A stretch of DNA of 64,000 nt from Octopus sinensis (taxonomy: Eukaryota): NCBI RefSeq assembly GCF_006345805.1, contig NC_042999.1, forward strand, positions 146,010,001 through 146,074,000, given 5' to 3'. The position numbers and the translations under genes were made by a program. Below are positions 1 through 14,966 of this stretch, piece after piece. The number at the start of each line of letters is the position of its first letter. Position 1 is the stretch's first letter. The notes beneath the pieces were generated by a model. The model was not told where the DNA came from and made no database searches. It was given only the letters and a program-made list of their open reading frames with translations.

Positions 1-869
1 AGTAGAAAAAAAAGTGAGAAGAGATGATATTGAGAATGCAGGGCAGGGAACAAAGAAAGTGGTTCCAAGGAGAGAGACAATTTGTAGCACGAAAGGAGGA
101 TGAAATATGTGCAGTTCTGCTCTCAAATAATTGCAGCAGCTGAGTAAATATTACTATAGTCAGAAGAGTGATGAGTGCAAAGAGAATGAGTTGTGGGGAA
201 GGCTTGACAAAGGGAAGAAGAGGGCTTGGATGCAAGGGGGGGGGCACAGACAAATGATAGCAGGACTTCTTGTTTTATATATTTTTATAGATGGATAGGT
301 CTTATCAAGCAATGCAAATTATCTCAGTCAGTCACTTCAATGAACCTCAACAACCTGTGATCAATCTTCACTACTTTATCCCACATCTTCTAAGGTCTCC
401 CTCTTCCACCAGTTCCTACCTACATTCAACACATCTTTATGCAGCTGTCCTTAACAATATGTATAATATAACCATACACTGATGCTGCTTATACCCAGTT
501 TTTGTCTTAACACATTTGATGCACATGAATGCTCCACATCCAGCAGAACACAACCTTAATTTCTTTCAAGTCTGCATGTCTCCTGCATTCACAACTCACA
601 TCTCACCATCATTTCACATTGCTATTCATACACAAGCATCACACAATCCACCTGACTCCAGAAGAGAGTCCTTTGTTATATTAATAGAAGTAATAGCTTG
701 CTGAACTTTCTCCGGACAGTTCTTATTCTAGCAACTATTCTCTCTCCTCCACTGCAAATTAGTTAACAAAACCTATCTACTACCTCAAAAGAATCCCTCA
801 TAAGGATTCAAGAAGATCTATTTTGCCATATGTTCTCACTAATTATTGCTCCTGTGAATCTGCCACAAA

Positions 870-1330
870 GTAGACTTTGTGGCAGACAAATCACAAAACC
901 CTTCAAGTAGATGGTCCTGCTCGATCTGTAGAAAAGGCATAGGTAGAAACTCCAAAAGATGTATCCAGTGTAAGCTATGGACACATAAGAGGTGCAGCAA
1001 TATCAAAGGAAGGTTAACTGGGAAGAGAGATTTTGTGTGTGGCAGATGCACAGGTGCAATAAGCACCAAAGGTATACAGAAAACAGATTCCATCACATGC
1101 CCAGAGGAAAAGCTAGAAGCAGTTGATAGCTTCTGTTACCTAGGTGACCAAGTCTGAGAGAGTAGCTGCTAGAATAAGAATAGCCTGAGCAAAGTTCAGA
1201 GAGCTCCTACCTCTGCTGGTAACAAAGGGCCTCTCACTCAGAGTGAAAGGTAGACTGTATGATGCCTGTGTGTGAACTGCTGTGCTACACAGCAGCGTAA
1301 CATGGGCTGTGACTGCTGAGGACATGCATG
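870..1330 (+). mobile_element. RTE-clade LINE fragment (PHD-like finger and RT C-terminal region), degraded
   Basis: WSCSICRKGIGRNSKRCIQCKLWTHKRCSNIKGRL...FVCGRC...EKLEAVDSFCYLGDQV. Homologous to 15830-16280. Confidence 0.9.
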
Positions 1331-3360
1331 TATACTTATGCCAAAACTAAATCACTCCAAAGTAAACCTTTTAAGGATACAATCATGTCTGTCCCCATAT
1401 ATTGAACATTTTCCCCCTTATAGTATGTCCAATAGTTCTTAAGTAAAAAAAAAAATTCTTTCTCACTAGAAATAAAGACCCTGTATTTCAGATGTTAAGA
1501 TGCTTCAATAGATATTCAAATAAGATTATAAAAAATAGTATGCAATCAAGTCGGTACCTGAAGAGATTCAAAGCATTTCCTAGTCTCATGAGGAGGTAAT
1601 GACTTTCTGGCAGGCATTGATAAGCTAAAGTATGATAAAAGGTCAAGTATAGTTGTCTTGATAGAGAAGAAATAAAGAGTTACCCTGCATTAAATTAGGT
1701 TGGGTTGGAATAGCAGGAAAGAAAATAAGAGATGATGGTGATGAGAGACCAGAGCAAACTATCAAGGTACAAGAAGGTCAGTATAAGAGAAAACAGAAAG
1801 AAGGGAAGGAATACGGAGGGAAGTAAAGAGAGGGTGGGTAATTCCATAAGAATGTAAGAGGAGAGTAACAGATGGTTGGAGGAGAAGTAGAGTAATGAAC
1901 AAAGATGGAAATGTAGTTGATAGGAAATATTGGTATGGAGGGATTTAGGTGAAAAAGAAGTAGCTCAAGAAGATGGGGATGATGTGCAAAGTGATGTACA
2001 ATGACAGAGATAGAGGACAGAGGTACATAAGTGTGGCTATAGTGAATGAGGCAATAATGATAGTTGGGTGGTGGGGGGGGGCATCACTGGTGGTTATGAA
2101 AGGGCATAGAAAATGATAGCTGATATGAAATGTTAGTGACAAAATATATATATAAGATGTTGCGCAGAAGGGGAGGGATAACTAAAGGCACAAACATCCA
2201 TCATTATTTTAATCTAATGTCACTTCAAGCGCATATATTGATATGCCTTGCATAAATTTATCCTGAGAATAATACTATCGGGTTCCTTTAAATTGAAAGG
2301 TAGTGTCCATTTTAGAGCTACCAAATCTGATTTTTAACTGGTATTCACAATAGATAATGTGAATTTGGTAAGAGAATATGATAGCATAATTTGACATTTC
2401 TGAGAGACTTTTGATATTTTGAATAATTAATCAACACACAAATGTTAGTTTTATGTTCAATTCATGTAAGACAAGCTTTGCTTTTATGGTTTCTTGAATC
2501 AGTTACAGTTCAATTTAAGACACCTAAGTCTATCAATCAACTTTATACTCTCGTGTAACAGCAGGTGGAAAGATATACAGGGTGCACCAAATATTTTCAC
2601 ATAAACTTTAGTAGACTATAACTTGGAGATGATTTAACAGCATTTACATGAAATGCGCCAAATTCTAACTTGCTCATTTCTCTTTCAGTTGTACTGGCAG
2701 CATTGACATGGCAGATTCCAATCTGATGTATGATATAAGGTAAACTGTGCTTGTAATTAGCCGACAACTACAGTGACTTGGAGACAACTGGCTTCTTGAA
2801 CATGAATGGTTTCTTTATATTCAGGGTCAGGAAAGAACAGAGGTCTCTTATAAGGATATTCCATCCAGAGCCAAGATGAGAGAATTTTCTCAGCTGCCAA
2901 ACGTTGTCAGGATGACTTTGTTTGCCCAGTTAGAAGAGGATGTTATCAATGACATTTCCATAAATGGGGGCCCATCGCCAAGCAATTCAAGATGGCAGTC
3001 CACAATCAGATGAATGGAGCTCATCAGCCTTGAGAAATAGAGGGCAGTTTTTGTCTTGTAAAGCCTTAGAAACTATGATCATAAGACCCCACAAAAGCAT
3101 GTGGCCCTCTAGCTCTTTTAATCTAAACATACTAGACTGCTGCATCTGTAGCACCATCTCTAATGTCATAATACCAAATAATTGTTGGGAGCTGCTATCG
3201 TGGGTGTAGTGAATGACATGGGGGGATGGAATGGGGTAGGGTTCAACTAATTCCAATATGCAGTTATTGCAGGGCCACATTGGAGATGTCAATAGGGTTC
3301 AGGGTTTGTTTATTGAATGACCTGTTTCTTTGATATACTCACTTGAACAGGTTTTATTTT

Positions 3361-3797
3361 TTGGAGTGGCTGGCATGAAGAAGGGTATTCAGCCATAGAA
3401 AGCCATGCCAAACCTGATTGGAGTCTGGTGCAGCCTTCCAGCATGCCAGCCTGGTCAAACTACCCAACCCATACCAGCATGGACAATGGACATTAGATGA
3501 TGATGATGATGGGTTCAAGTTCAAATCCAAAGAAGATGAAATATATTTCAGAAGACCTGCAAAAGGAATAAGGCCTCTCTTGAAGATGACTGGCCTGCAA
3601 GAGCTCTGTGTCAGTGCTACATAAAAGCACCCAGCACACTCTAAAGTGGTTAACATTAGAAAGCGCATCCAGCTGTAGAAACTAAGCCAAATCAAACTGG
3701 AGCCTGGTGCAGCTCTTCAACTTGCCACCTCTGGTCAAACTGTCCAACCCATGCCAGAATGAACAACAGACATTAAATGGTCAACGATGATGATGAT
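3361..3797 (+). mobile_element. Two RTE 3'-end remnants with (GAT)n tails
   Basis: Similar to 17000-17150 (aagggcatccagctgtagaa...ccaacccatgc...gatgatgat). Tails at ~3497-3510 and ~3786-3797. Confidence 0.75.
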
Positions 3798-4967
3798 ATT
3801 ATGGATTATAATAAAGTACCAATAATATTTTCTGTCATTGTCATACCAGCCATATTTCTCTTGACTTATACAGTGCAAAACAAAAAGGATGCACTGGTCT
3901 ATGCAGTTCATAATATACAAAAATATGGGCTAATCAAAACACAATTTTTTTTTTATCATAATTCTGCTAAATCAGAGATAAACATGATTTACACTCTATA
4001 ATGTGAACAATATTAAGTTAAAACCCTAAAGCTCACTACGAGTAATAAAACGTCACAAACTGATGAGATCTCATGGTTAAAGAATACTTCAGTTCTCTTC
4101 AGATGTTGATCTCTCTACAAAATTCAAAATCTATAGTAGAATACTGATGAAAATTCTGAAACAATACTGCTGCTACACAAACATCATCTTACAGTGCCTG
4201 AAGATTATAAACAAGGCAAAAGTGAAAAATAGAGAAAGAAAAATAAAATTGTGGTTGATTGACAGAGTAACCCAACATATTACAAGAGATATCCAAACAT
4301 TCTGTTTCAACATTCACCTCTTCTATCGCAGTTGAGATGGCTTCTATTTCCCTTGCTTCAGTTTATACATTTTATTGTCTCTTCACCTTATCTAATCAGT
4401 ACATCCAGAACTACAGTACACACATACAACCCATATTTCTTCTACAAACGTCAATCTATAGACATTAGAGCTGATTTTTTTAAACACAGTGACAGTATAG
4501 ATATGAGATTTCATTGGATTATACATTTCAAATGTACTTGCAAAGAAATCTACTACCACAGACTTGGACCTGTAGAGGGATGATGGGTTAGTTAAGGCAC
4601 TAACAAATTAAGGAAGACCACTATCCATACTTTAAGCACTTCAGGTCTCAAAATAATAGTCTCTAAGGTAAGAATTGCAGACTCACTCAATGTACACTAT
4701 ATTTAACTGCTAAACACAAACCTTTAAGGAGTATTAAATAAAAAAAGAACTAATGTAGAATCAGGCTACCAACCTCTAATGTGGGTAAAGAACTTCTTCA
4801 CATACAACATAAGCCAAAATATCTCAAATATGTTCTTGAATAAAAAAACATTCAAGGAAACAGAACCCTACTACAACAAAGCCTTACTAGTTAGTTAGCT
4901 GATTAAAAATACTTAACTACCCAACTCTCTTCCCATCTTCACAAATGAAAAAGAGGTACTGTAAAAT

Positions 4968-5358
4968 ATCTCTTCTCTCTCTATATAAACGGCAGTTTGT
5001 CTGTACGTGTTTCTGTGTGTCTGTTTGCTTGTACCCTCACCCTGACCACGGCTTTCAACCGATTCTGATGAAACTTGACACACACATAGCCCAATGTCAT
5101 AATTCAAAACTAACGCAGCGAAAATTTTGAAAAGTTCCCCCAGTTCTGAAAAAAATCGATAAATTCGACATGGGGTCGAGAATCAGAAACAGGAACCACA
5201 AACTGTCTAGGGGACGCAACTCCACCTTTTTTAAATCTCAAAAAAAAATTTACCATCATTTTTTTCCATTTTTTTGCTATTTTTTGGCTATAACTCTCTA
5301 AAAATGCTTTATAGTTATTTCCCTTACAAACCTGAGCAACGCCGGGCAATACTGCTAG
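4968..5358 (+). mobile_element. Non-autonomous Helitron
   Basis: 5' TC...tatataaa...gtctgt start. The 3' end has a GC-rich short hairpin-like segment (cctgagcaacgccggg) then CTAG|T at 5355-5359. Same terminus as 27452. Confidence 0.75.
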
Positions 5359-8214
5359 TAATTCATACATATACCCTTTCACCCAATGAAAAAGCTAATA
5401 GAATATATAGATGAAAAATATTTATAAGAATATATAATAAAGAAAGACTTTCTATATCTCATTGGTAAGCTTCTGACAAAAGACAGCCTAAAAATTAGCT
5501 ATGAATATTTATATAAATATTTCATAATCATATATCTTCCTTTAAAACAAATTAAAAAGAACTTAAAAATCAGAAATTAAAGGAGAAAGGAGAGATTCAT
5601 ACTATCAAATTAGAAGTATACAGCAAAAAAAATTTTCCAAAACTTTCACAAACAATAACTCTTTCAACATCAGCTCAGAGATATTTGAGAATTGCACACA
5701 CTTTGAAAATTACCCATGCATAACTGAAAAGCATCCCTTTTGTTCAACTGGAACTATCTGCTCTGAGATCTGATATTGCATCACTACAGTTTTTTTATTT
5801 TGCTGCTCCTCTAAATTCTTTTCTTTCCAACACTAATTTTTTTCCCCTCATCACTGCTATGATTGTTACTCACTTCAAACAAATACTCAACTTCAAACAA
5901 ATATATCACTGTTTCTAGTAACTGCAATATTACAATTAAGAGGAAACAATTTACAACTTATTCACCTTGGCGGAAATGGAAATTTGAAAAATAACATTTT
6001 TTCAAACTTCCTCATTTTTCCTAACCATTTGGGATGGTCAGAAAATACTTGAAAACAGAGATCATGAAAGTAATGGCAACCACACAATAACATAACTTGT
6101 GTCAGTAGCTTAGGGTAACTTTTCTACCTGGCTGGCTCCTGTCATCTGTCTTACCCATGCATGCATAAAAGATGAATGTTAAATGATGTATTTCTTTACA
6201 AATACAAGTATATATTACTACTCAGTGATATGTATCATTCTTTATATCTAACTTGAGATGAAACACTCCCCTGTTAATTTTTGGCCTTGTGCAAAAATAA
6301 AATACATTTTAATGTTCTATTTTAGTGTTTGTCACTCCAGTAGGTGGTTAATCCCATAACCTATCAAAATGTTGAGGCTATAGTGAAAGAAGCAGCATAC
6401 TTATACCCAGCATAAATATTCTTTTCTCAAGTTAAACTGTGAAATGCTTCAAAAACTGGCACGGCTTCCACTTCTCATTTGATCACAATTAGAAAAAAAA
6501 AAGACTTATTGAGTTATGGATCATTTCCATGGAATCATCCACACAGCAGGAGATTAGAACAGCATATGAACTGACATTTTCACCAGTATCCTGTAAACTC
6601 AAGTAGTTGCAACAACCACACTTTTTGTTTTGGGGGTTAGAGATGAGGCAGTACCAATGACATTTGCAGGCTCATGAGAAACTGGTGAGACCAATGCAGC
6701 CAATACCAACAACTCCAAATCAATATATGCGCAGGAATAAATGTGAGTGGAGAAATAACTGAGACAGGGATTAGTGTGACTAACAGATTGAACTTCATTA
6801 AAATGTACCCAAGGACTAACAGAGTAGTGTTAAACTACAAAGTGGCATAAAATACAAAGGGTAGACTGTAACAGATTGAAATAATATTTTCAAATCAAAA
6901 ATAGACTGTTGCATATTCACAAAATTTACTTGTTTTGTTTCCTGTAAATTTAATTATTCTGTTTCTCAGCTGTAACACATGCTCTGAAGTTGTTAACTTT
7001 ATTTACTGATAAAATTAAATTTTAAAAAGCGAATTTATGATTAGAAGCAGTCTGAGACTAATGCATGTATTAAAAACGGTCAAAACTAGATGCCACAAAT
7101 TTGAATGTAATATTATCTATCCGTACATATTTTTATAAAATATGTCAATGTCATATATTGTGTCACAATACAAACCTACAATTTCATGAGCCAATAAGAT
7201 AAAACTACCATCCTCTCCAAGTACAATTCCATATCTGATTTAAAATATTATCATAATTATAACATACTTTTACTGATAAAAAAAATTACTATGGATTTTA
7301 ACCTTTACCATCTTCAATTCAATAAAAAAAACTTGTTACACAAAAGAAAATAAGAACAGTGTTACAGTACTTCATACACTATTTACTAAGTCTAATGGTT
7401 CTACTGGAATGTGTTAGTGATTCTCACTCATTATCTGGATGTATGTAAGACTCACTGAATGACCTGTCCAGTTACCTGATATACTCAAACACAACAAACC
7501 ACCAGAGTAAGAGACCTGTTTGTAATAAAGATAAATGAACAGCAATTATATATAATTATAGACAACTAAAAACCTTTTGTTTGTTTATGTTTCCTTTTCT
7601 TTTCTAGGCATGAGTAGCAAAATGTTTTAAGCGTAGATTCACACACACAGCAAGTGAAAAATGTCATAACTACTAATAAATTGGTTAACTACTGAAGGTT
7701 TAATTTTCAAGACAGGGACCATGAATGAACAACAGTTTGAAAATGATGGGAAATGGAGCCAGTGAAATGGAACATCTTACTTGGAAAGTGAACCATTTTC
7801 AGGCAACTTGCCAGCTGTTTCCTCACTGCAATGCAGTGTTTATTTTTCTTTTTGTCTTGCTTTTCACAAAGTAAAAAAGCAAAAGACAGAAGAAACAAAT
7901 GGTTCTAGCCAGTTTCACCAGAAACAGGCTACATAAATGCATAGCAGTCACAAACCATTTACTTTAATGAAACACAAAAGGTACAGAGTAAAGGACCAGT
8001 TAAAATATTTAAAACTGCTACTTGTAAAATGCCTAGGTGAAGCAAATGAGAACTCTTATTGCTAGCATAAGAGCTCTTCCATCTCTAGAATGACAGCCCT
8101 GCTGTCCATCCCTAGAATGTTTATCAATGTAAATTCTCCATCAAAGACTAGTATTCTATCTTGTGTGAAGGAGAGGGGTGTAAAATATTACAACTACAAA
8201 GACTTAATGAAGTT

Positions 8215-8347
8215 CATCATCATGCAACGTCCATTTTCCATGCTGTCATGGGTTGGATGGCTTGACAGGAGCTGGCAAGCCAGAGGGCTGTACCAGGCTT
8301 CTGTTGTTTGTTTTGGCATGGTTTCTACAGCTGGATGCCTTTCCTAA
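8215..8347 (-). mobile_element. RTE 3'-end remnant
   Basis: catcatcat...ccattttccatgc...ggatgccttcctaatgcc is the reverse complement of the RTE 3' end. Confidence 0.7.
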
Positions 8348-9829
8348 TGCCAAATTGAAAATTATCTGCATTACATATTATAGAATTTCTCCTCTATTCT
8401 AACCAAAATCAGTGAGAATTATTTCACAGAAGCACAAAGATAATAAATACACAAGGATAAGATGAAGAAGAGATTAAGATACAGAACTATCTACTCATTC
8501 ATTGGGAGTTCAAAATTAGTTTTTGATGCTTCTGTATGTTTCTTAGCAGAATATTTTATTCTATATTGCTTTAGTTTTTATTGCTGTTGAAAATAGGTCT
8601 CAAATCTCACAATGTTACCTTTAATATTTGGGTGTCCCGTGAATGGAACAATATATCTCCACTGCTTGACACTGAAATTCGATGGTTTCTGTTGTTTTTA
8701 TCCACAATCAACAGAGCAAGCAGACCTATGATCTAATGGCAAAGGATTCATGATCATCCAGGCTAATTTGTTTGATATATTTCTATCTCACATTATCTAC
8801 TGTATATTTCTTTTTTATTAAAGCAGTGATTTCTGATAAATTTGTTGGCTGCTGTTTCTAGCAGATTAACTTGCCATGTTCTTTTGTTGCTGCTGATTCA
8901 AATTTTTAGAAGAGAGAAAATAAGACCTTGTTGCATTTACGCATTTCCTTACAAATTAGCAATGCAACTGAAGTAAAACTGATTTGATTTGAGAATGAAG
9001 CTGTATCACCGAGTGAGCTTATCACAGGTGAAAACAACAAAAAACAGATAAACAAGATTCTGCATGTTTGCTCAACTTACTAGAAATTACAGCCTACACC
9101 TGACAACCTTGAAAAGAAGAAAATACATTGGATGACAGTGCTATATGTAAACAAAGAAGAGAATGGATTGATCATAGATCAGATCAGTCTATGGCATCCC
9201 TGGTGCTCAACAATTAGCAAAACATTTCTGCTTTGGGATTCTCAAGTGGTGAGGATTAAAGGTCACAATGTCTATGGCTTTGCCACAGTATAAAGTCACT
9301 CGTATACATTTCAGTTTCTAGCCCAAGAACACAGTATCCTCGATGCCTTTTCTACACAATGGGTTCTGCTCCCCAGAACTTGGGTGGGGTTTATGCCACC
9401 TCATCTCAATCATTCCTAACCCACTTGTCTCTCCTCATCATTTTTGATGTAGCCAACTCCCAAACTAATCACTATGCCCCAAATCTATCAACACTAGCAT
9501 GACGGTCTTCTCAAACTCCCTCTCTACCCAGGTTTTTCTGCAGGTGTTGACTTACAAAAGATTCAAGTGAAACATTAAAGGCATCACTAGGAGGATCTGA
9601 TGGCCATAAACACTGGTTCATTCTCCAGCCCTGACAAATGTAATCAAGTAGATCCAATTGAAAATTGTCACTTCATGGCAATGCATCCCTGATCCAATAT
9701 AGGTATGTTTCAACAAATTAAACTGAATTACATACTCAAAGAGAGTGTAAAGGGTTATTTGAATTAGCAAAAATAACTGAATTTCTACCAAATCCACTTT
9801 TTAAATGAGGGACAAGTTTAGATAATTAA

Positions 9830-10044
9830 CCCTTTAGCATTAAAACCAGCCATATGTGGCCAAAATATACTACGTGTTTAAACTTCAAACCAATCAGATT
9901 TAGCCTCTTACACCTACCCTACAATGTTGTTTTGAAAATAAACAATTACTGAAATCTCAAAGCTACAAGGTAGTATATAATCAATTCAAAACTATGTGAA
10001 TAAACAACCATTACATTTGACAATGTAACCTGAATGCTAAAGGG
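9830..10044. mobile_element. piggyBac-type MITE
   Basis: TTAA|CCCTTTAGCATT ... AATGCTAAAGGG|TAAA: 12-bp TIR and a TTAA target site with the right copy mutated. Confidence 0.8.
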
Positions 10045-11429
10045 TAAAGTGGTTGATTTAATCCACCACCAAACTGAATACTAGAACCTAGTTCTTGAGT
10101 AATTTGAGCAGAGCCTTCTCTGCTGCTAGAATCAAGTTAAGTCTTCTTTCTGAAGATAACTTCCTCCCACAAATCTCAATTACCCTGTAAAGTTTCATAA
10201 GTGCTACTCTTCCTTGATTAAGTGAAAATAAGTGTACATACAGATATATTATGTCTGAAAAAGATGCAATTGTCACAGCCGGAATGCCTTTGACCATAGG
10301 CTTGATCAATCAGGACTGACCTAGGGCTAAACAACACCATAAAGCTTACTTGGTCATATAATAGCAACAGCTGTAATAGTAAATGCGATCTCTAGGGGAT
10401 ATACAAAAAATAAATGTTAAGGAATGGAATTCATATTGCCTCAGTATACCATAAAGAAGCAGAAGAAATATTCTTATGACAATTCTTCCAATTCACTAAA
10501 TTCTGCCAGCTCACCATTTTTGAACTAATCTACAATAATTTCTTTAGCTTTAAAATTTATATTGATTGTGTATGAAGTGCAATAGTAGTGAAATGTGGGA
10601 AGACAGGAACACTGAATACAGACGGTTAGGGTTGGAGAGAAAGAAAGCAAGCATGCTTAGCTGGAGGTGTAATGTTAGTGTGAATGAATGCTGTGAAACA
10701 CATGAGCCAAGAGCTAAACTGAATATAAGAGGAATAATTTGATGCATGAAAGAATGGAGGCTGCATTGGTAAATGACATGTAATAAACATGGAAGATAAC
10801 ATAAGAGTAAAAATGTGTCAGGATATCAAAGTGGAAGGAAACTACGGAAGAGGTGGGCCATGACTGACAAGAGCACTAATGATGAAAGTGGATCTCAGAA
10901 TAATGAACCTCACAAAAGTAGTGACAAAAGAATGCAACATTTAGCATGACAATGTATTGGAGAGGACTCGCCTAATCATCATCATTGATTTAGCACTCAC
11001 TTTACCATGTTTGCCTAAGAAGCCATTAAGGCAGATTTTTTATGACCAGATGCCCTTCCTGTCACCAACCCTCTTTTGTTTCCAAATAAGGTAATATCTT
11101 TCCATAACTGGACAGGCTTTCATGAAAGATTGGAAACTAATGATACTGCTTGTATAACGGCTGCACTCATTAACAAAACGAAGGGAAGTAACTAAATACG
11201 GCATAGCATTTTGTCTTGCACTCAATAGATTTGTCCATCCACCACCCATGTAAATATTTCTAACATGAGCACAATGCCATGATTTTTTTTCAGGGAAGGA
11301 GGAATTTTTTTTCAACCCTAGTACTTTTATGATTTCCACAAATATAATTGACCTCAGCAGGATGTGAACTCAGTATGTAAGGAACCTGAATAAATATCAC
11401 AATAACTGAAACAAGTAAAAATTACTTAC

Positions 11430-11498
11430 ACCATATACGGTAAATTGGCCTGTAGAAACAACACGTGTTATTGTCAACACCACAACAGTAAGCATTAC
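11430..11498 (-). CDS. Coding exon 3 of the WBP1/VOPP1-like gene
   Basis: Acceptor tatatttttcag| and donor |GTAAGT, 69 nt, phase 1-1. Encodes (G)NAYCCGVDNNTCCFYRPIYRIW. The C..C..CC..CC..W pattern resembles the WBP1/VOPP1 ectodomain just before the TM helix (family knowledge, not a database hit). Confidence 0.75.
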
Positions 11499-13127
11499 CT
11501 GAAAAATATAGAAGATTCAAACATGTTAGGCACAAAAGAGAATATTAGAAGGAAAATTTCAAATTTATGCATGCAGCCACTTGGGTGCAACATAGAGTAA
11601 GCTTGGCTAAAATTTGAGACAACTGGTTTTTGCTTATACTAAGTACAAGAATGACCAAAGGACCAAATAATGGGAAGGGTGCTGTTTTATTATACACAAG
11701 GTGAATCAACCTATTTTGTTGTTTTGGAATAATGTAAAGTAACTAATATCGAAAGAGTAATTAAGAGAGTGTAGCGACTGGAACCTCAAGATAAATTGAC
11801 AGAAAAGAGAACAGGAGTCAACCAAAAACAGAATTTAGGTCATGGCTTCAACTGGTTCTGCGGGAGTCATTTCTACAGGACATGATATATAACAATCATG
11901 AGCCAATGGAAGAAGGAGTCACAGTGCAGTCTACTTGCCCTGCTAAGAATATCAGTGAAATCACATTACATCCAGTTGGTGGTAGAAGGGACATTTAATG
12001 TCTGTTTTTACCATTCTAGTACTAAACAAGTCTTCTTGAATAAAGTACCTTGCTACATGTGTGGAGTTCCATCACTTCATGAAGACCAATATCACATTAA
12101 TTTAGTCTTGGAAAGATTATTTCTGAATAAAAGAACTTTCACTATGGATTATATTCATTCATGGGTCAGTCCAATCACCACTGACCTATGACTAAAGTCA
12201 ACATGTGCGCACACGTCCCCTCCTGCCTTTATGGTACATTCCACCCCATCTTTCTTCATTGCTCTTGTTGCATGTTAGTTTATTACCTTCCTACTGCCTC
12301 ATTTTCTCTCACTATCTTCCTCCTTCCACAGTTCAACAATCTTATATGGCCAAGAAGGCCACATAAAGGGAAACATGAATGATGGTGATGTATGAGAAAA
12401 GTATGGAAATAGGAAAACGAATTGCAAAAATGAAAGGCGTAATAAGAATAAAACTGGCAGACAATGAAGAGAATCGTATTATGAAAGCAGTGCTACTGGA
12501 AGACAAAAAAGCAGCAAGACTGAAGGAGATATTTGGAAGTAGAATAGAAAATACATGAAGGCGGTTTCATTATGATGAATTACCACCAGTGATAATGTAT
12601 GAAGACTTAATACCTTATGTAATATGAACAGGATACATACTGGATAAAATTATTGATTATAAAAACAGTAAAATGGGACTTTCTACTTTGGCGGGATGGG
12701 GGCAGAAAGCCATTTCATTATTTTTTACATAAACCATGACTCATTTGTTAATCGTTATATGTAACTTCTATATTAAGGCTTTATACCTGTAATAATGTTC
12801 AATCTTATCTCTGGTCTACCCCCATTACTCTCTGGACTTCCACCACCATCTATTTCTCTTTCATGTTCCTTTCTTCCCTTCTCATACCTTCTATTCATAC
12901 AGGTCCTTATGTGGGATAGTTGTACATCCTCAATACTCCTATTGCTGAGTTGTTTCTGCATTCGAGTGTAACTCGAGTAAAGTGTTATGAATTTTAGTGC
13001 ATTATGAAATAAATACATAAAGTGAAAATCAATGAAACAGCTGCATCTGTGAGGCATTAAGAAAATACATCAGAAGGCTATATTTGAACAAACACCATAA
13101 TTTATTTGGGTTGCAATGAGAGTAGAC

Positions 13128-13441
13128 AGGTTCTCAAACTTTTGGGGCCACTGCCAGCCTCATGGCCACATAATACCCCCAGTGCCCGAACCCTTATTTT
13201 TATGTATAAATATTTTATATTTTACTAATTTATATATATATATATATATATACTATGAATCATTTGATGTTTAATATAATATTATATAATTTGTATACAA
13301 TACTATAATAAATTCATAGCATCCCCCAATTCACTGCCTTTCTCCCAACACCTTTTTCTACCTCACACCTTAGTCACCTGCACCCACCTGGACCATCTCA
13401 ATGCTCCCCAGGGGCGGTAGTACCCACTTTGAGAACCTATG
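13128..13441. mobile_element. hAT (Charlie-like) MITE
   Basis: TIRs aggttctcaaa / tttgagaacctatg. 8-bp direct repeat GAGTAGAC at 13120-13127 and 13442-13449. Confidence 0.75.
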
Positions 13442-14212
13442 GAGTAGACAATTGTATGTAGGAATCAAAGAAGGCCATTGAACTTACTATTACACAAATG
13501 AGTAGAAGTGTACCACAATAAAAGTAGTAAGTTTAAACCGGCAGGTTCTGTCCCTAGAGACTAAGGGGATTCGCCGTGTGAGCTTAATGTAATCCCAAAG
13601 TTTACAGTGTTAAGTCATTGAAATGACACAGCTGTTCATATTGAAGTAGTGCTGTCAGGGGTAATGTCCTTCCAAAATGCCACTGAAAATAGCTGCACTC
13701 TCATTGAATTTTTTTGCTTACTGGACTGGAACAGAATTCCTTTCTTGATAGGTAACACTGTATTTATAGCTATGTAACCGTTCCAGTTGGTTGCAGTTGC
13801 CAAAGCGCAACAGTTCTAATCCATGACAGTAAAATAGGGCTTCCTTGATTCACTACACACCTTATCTCTCTTACCACACTTTCGCACTAATTTCGGTTTC
13901 CCCTGTCCGTTCCATATTCCTCCAATGTCATCTATTGTTATGCTCTCTACTATCACTTCACAACTGTAAATTTGTTGTTCTCTTCAACCCACCTTGAACC
14001 ACTGCGCTCTCCCTTCTATTCTTCTTCAGGCCTTTATTCATGCAAGTGACATTAGGAAGAATATCCAGTTGTAGTAACTATGCTAAAGCAGACAGTAAAG
14101 CATAACATGTTTCTCTAACTTGTTAAATTCAGTTGAAGCATGTAACTCATACTAGCATGGAAAAACATGTTAAATGGTTATATATAAACACTGTTTTACA
14201 CACACATATCAT

Positions 14213-14880
14213 CATCATCATCGTTTAACGTCTGCTTTCCATGCTGGCATGGGTTGAACGATTTTGACTGATGGGCTGGCGAACCAGATGGCTGCACCAG
14301 TCTCCAATCTTGATTTGGCAGAGTTTCTACAGCTAGATGCCCTTCCTAACACCAACCACTCCGAGAGTGTAGTGGCTGCTTTTTATGTGCCACCGGCACG
14401 GGGGCCAGTCAGGCGGTACTGGCAACAACCTTGCTCGAATCCTTTTACACATGCCACCAGCACAGGTGCTAGTAAGGCAACGTTGGTAACGATCACGCTT
14501 GAATGGTGCCCTTTTACATGCCACTGGCATGGAAGCCAGTTGGCTGCTCTGGCAACAATCACTCTCGGATGGTGCTCTTGGCACCCTACTAGCATATATA
14601 AAAAAAAAATGGAATAAGGTGTTTTCATCATTGTCATTTAACATCCACCTTCCATGCTAGCATGAGTGGGACAGTTTCATAAGAGCTGGCCAGGTAGAAG
14701 CCTACACCAGACTTCTGTGACTGTTTTGGCAGGATTTTTACAGCTAGACGTCCTTCTTAACACCAACCACTCAGAAGAGTGGACTTCGCACTTTTTACGT
14801 GGCACAAGCACAGGCAAGGTCAGTTTTAGCAAGGTTTTTACAGCTGGATGCCCTTCCAAACTCCAACCACTTTACAGTTG
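14213..14880 (-). mobile_element. Two adjacent RTE 3' UTR remnants
   Basis: (CAT)n at ~14208-14222 and ~14625, followed by reverse-complement 3' UTR containing ttttacgtgccac-type modules. Confidence 0.8.
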
Positions 14881-14966
14881 TTAAATACAATTCATTAGTC
14901 AGAAGACTGTTCGTTCATGGCATTATCAATATTAATTTGTGAAGGAATAAAACGAAATGATCCTGT

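Noticed and set aside
1640-3350. Old retroelement remnants (Penelope/CR1-like) here and at 1-260, 9180-9720, 11900-12380
   Set aside because: Compositional hints only, too decayed to assign a family by eye.
7476-7515. Candidate exon 4 of the WBP1/VOPP1-like gene
   Set aside because: Splice sites are plausible, but the in-phase reading (CLLLWWFVVFEYI) does not give the expected (W/Y)FW plus TM helix. Not supportable without RNA data.
10350-10393. Another candidate exon 4
   Set aside because: The hydrophobic frame hits a stop and the in-phase frame gives YRIYYYSCCYYMT with no family resemblance. It lies next to a repeat.
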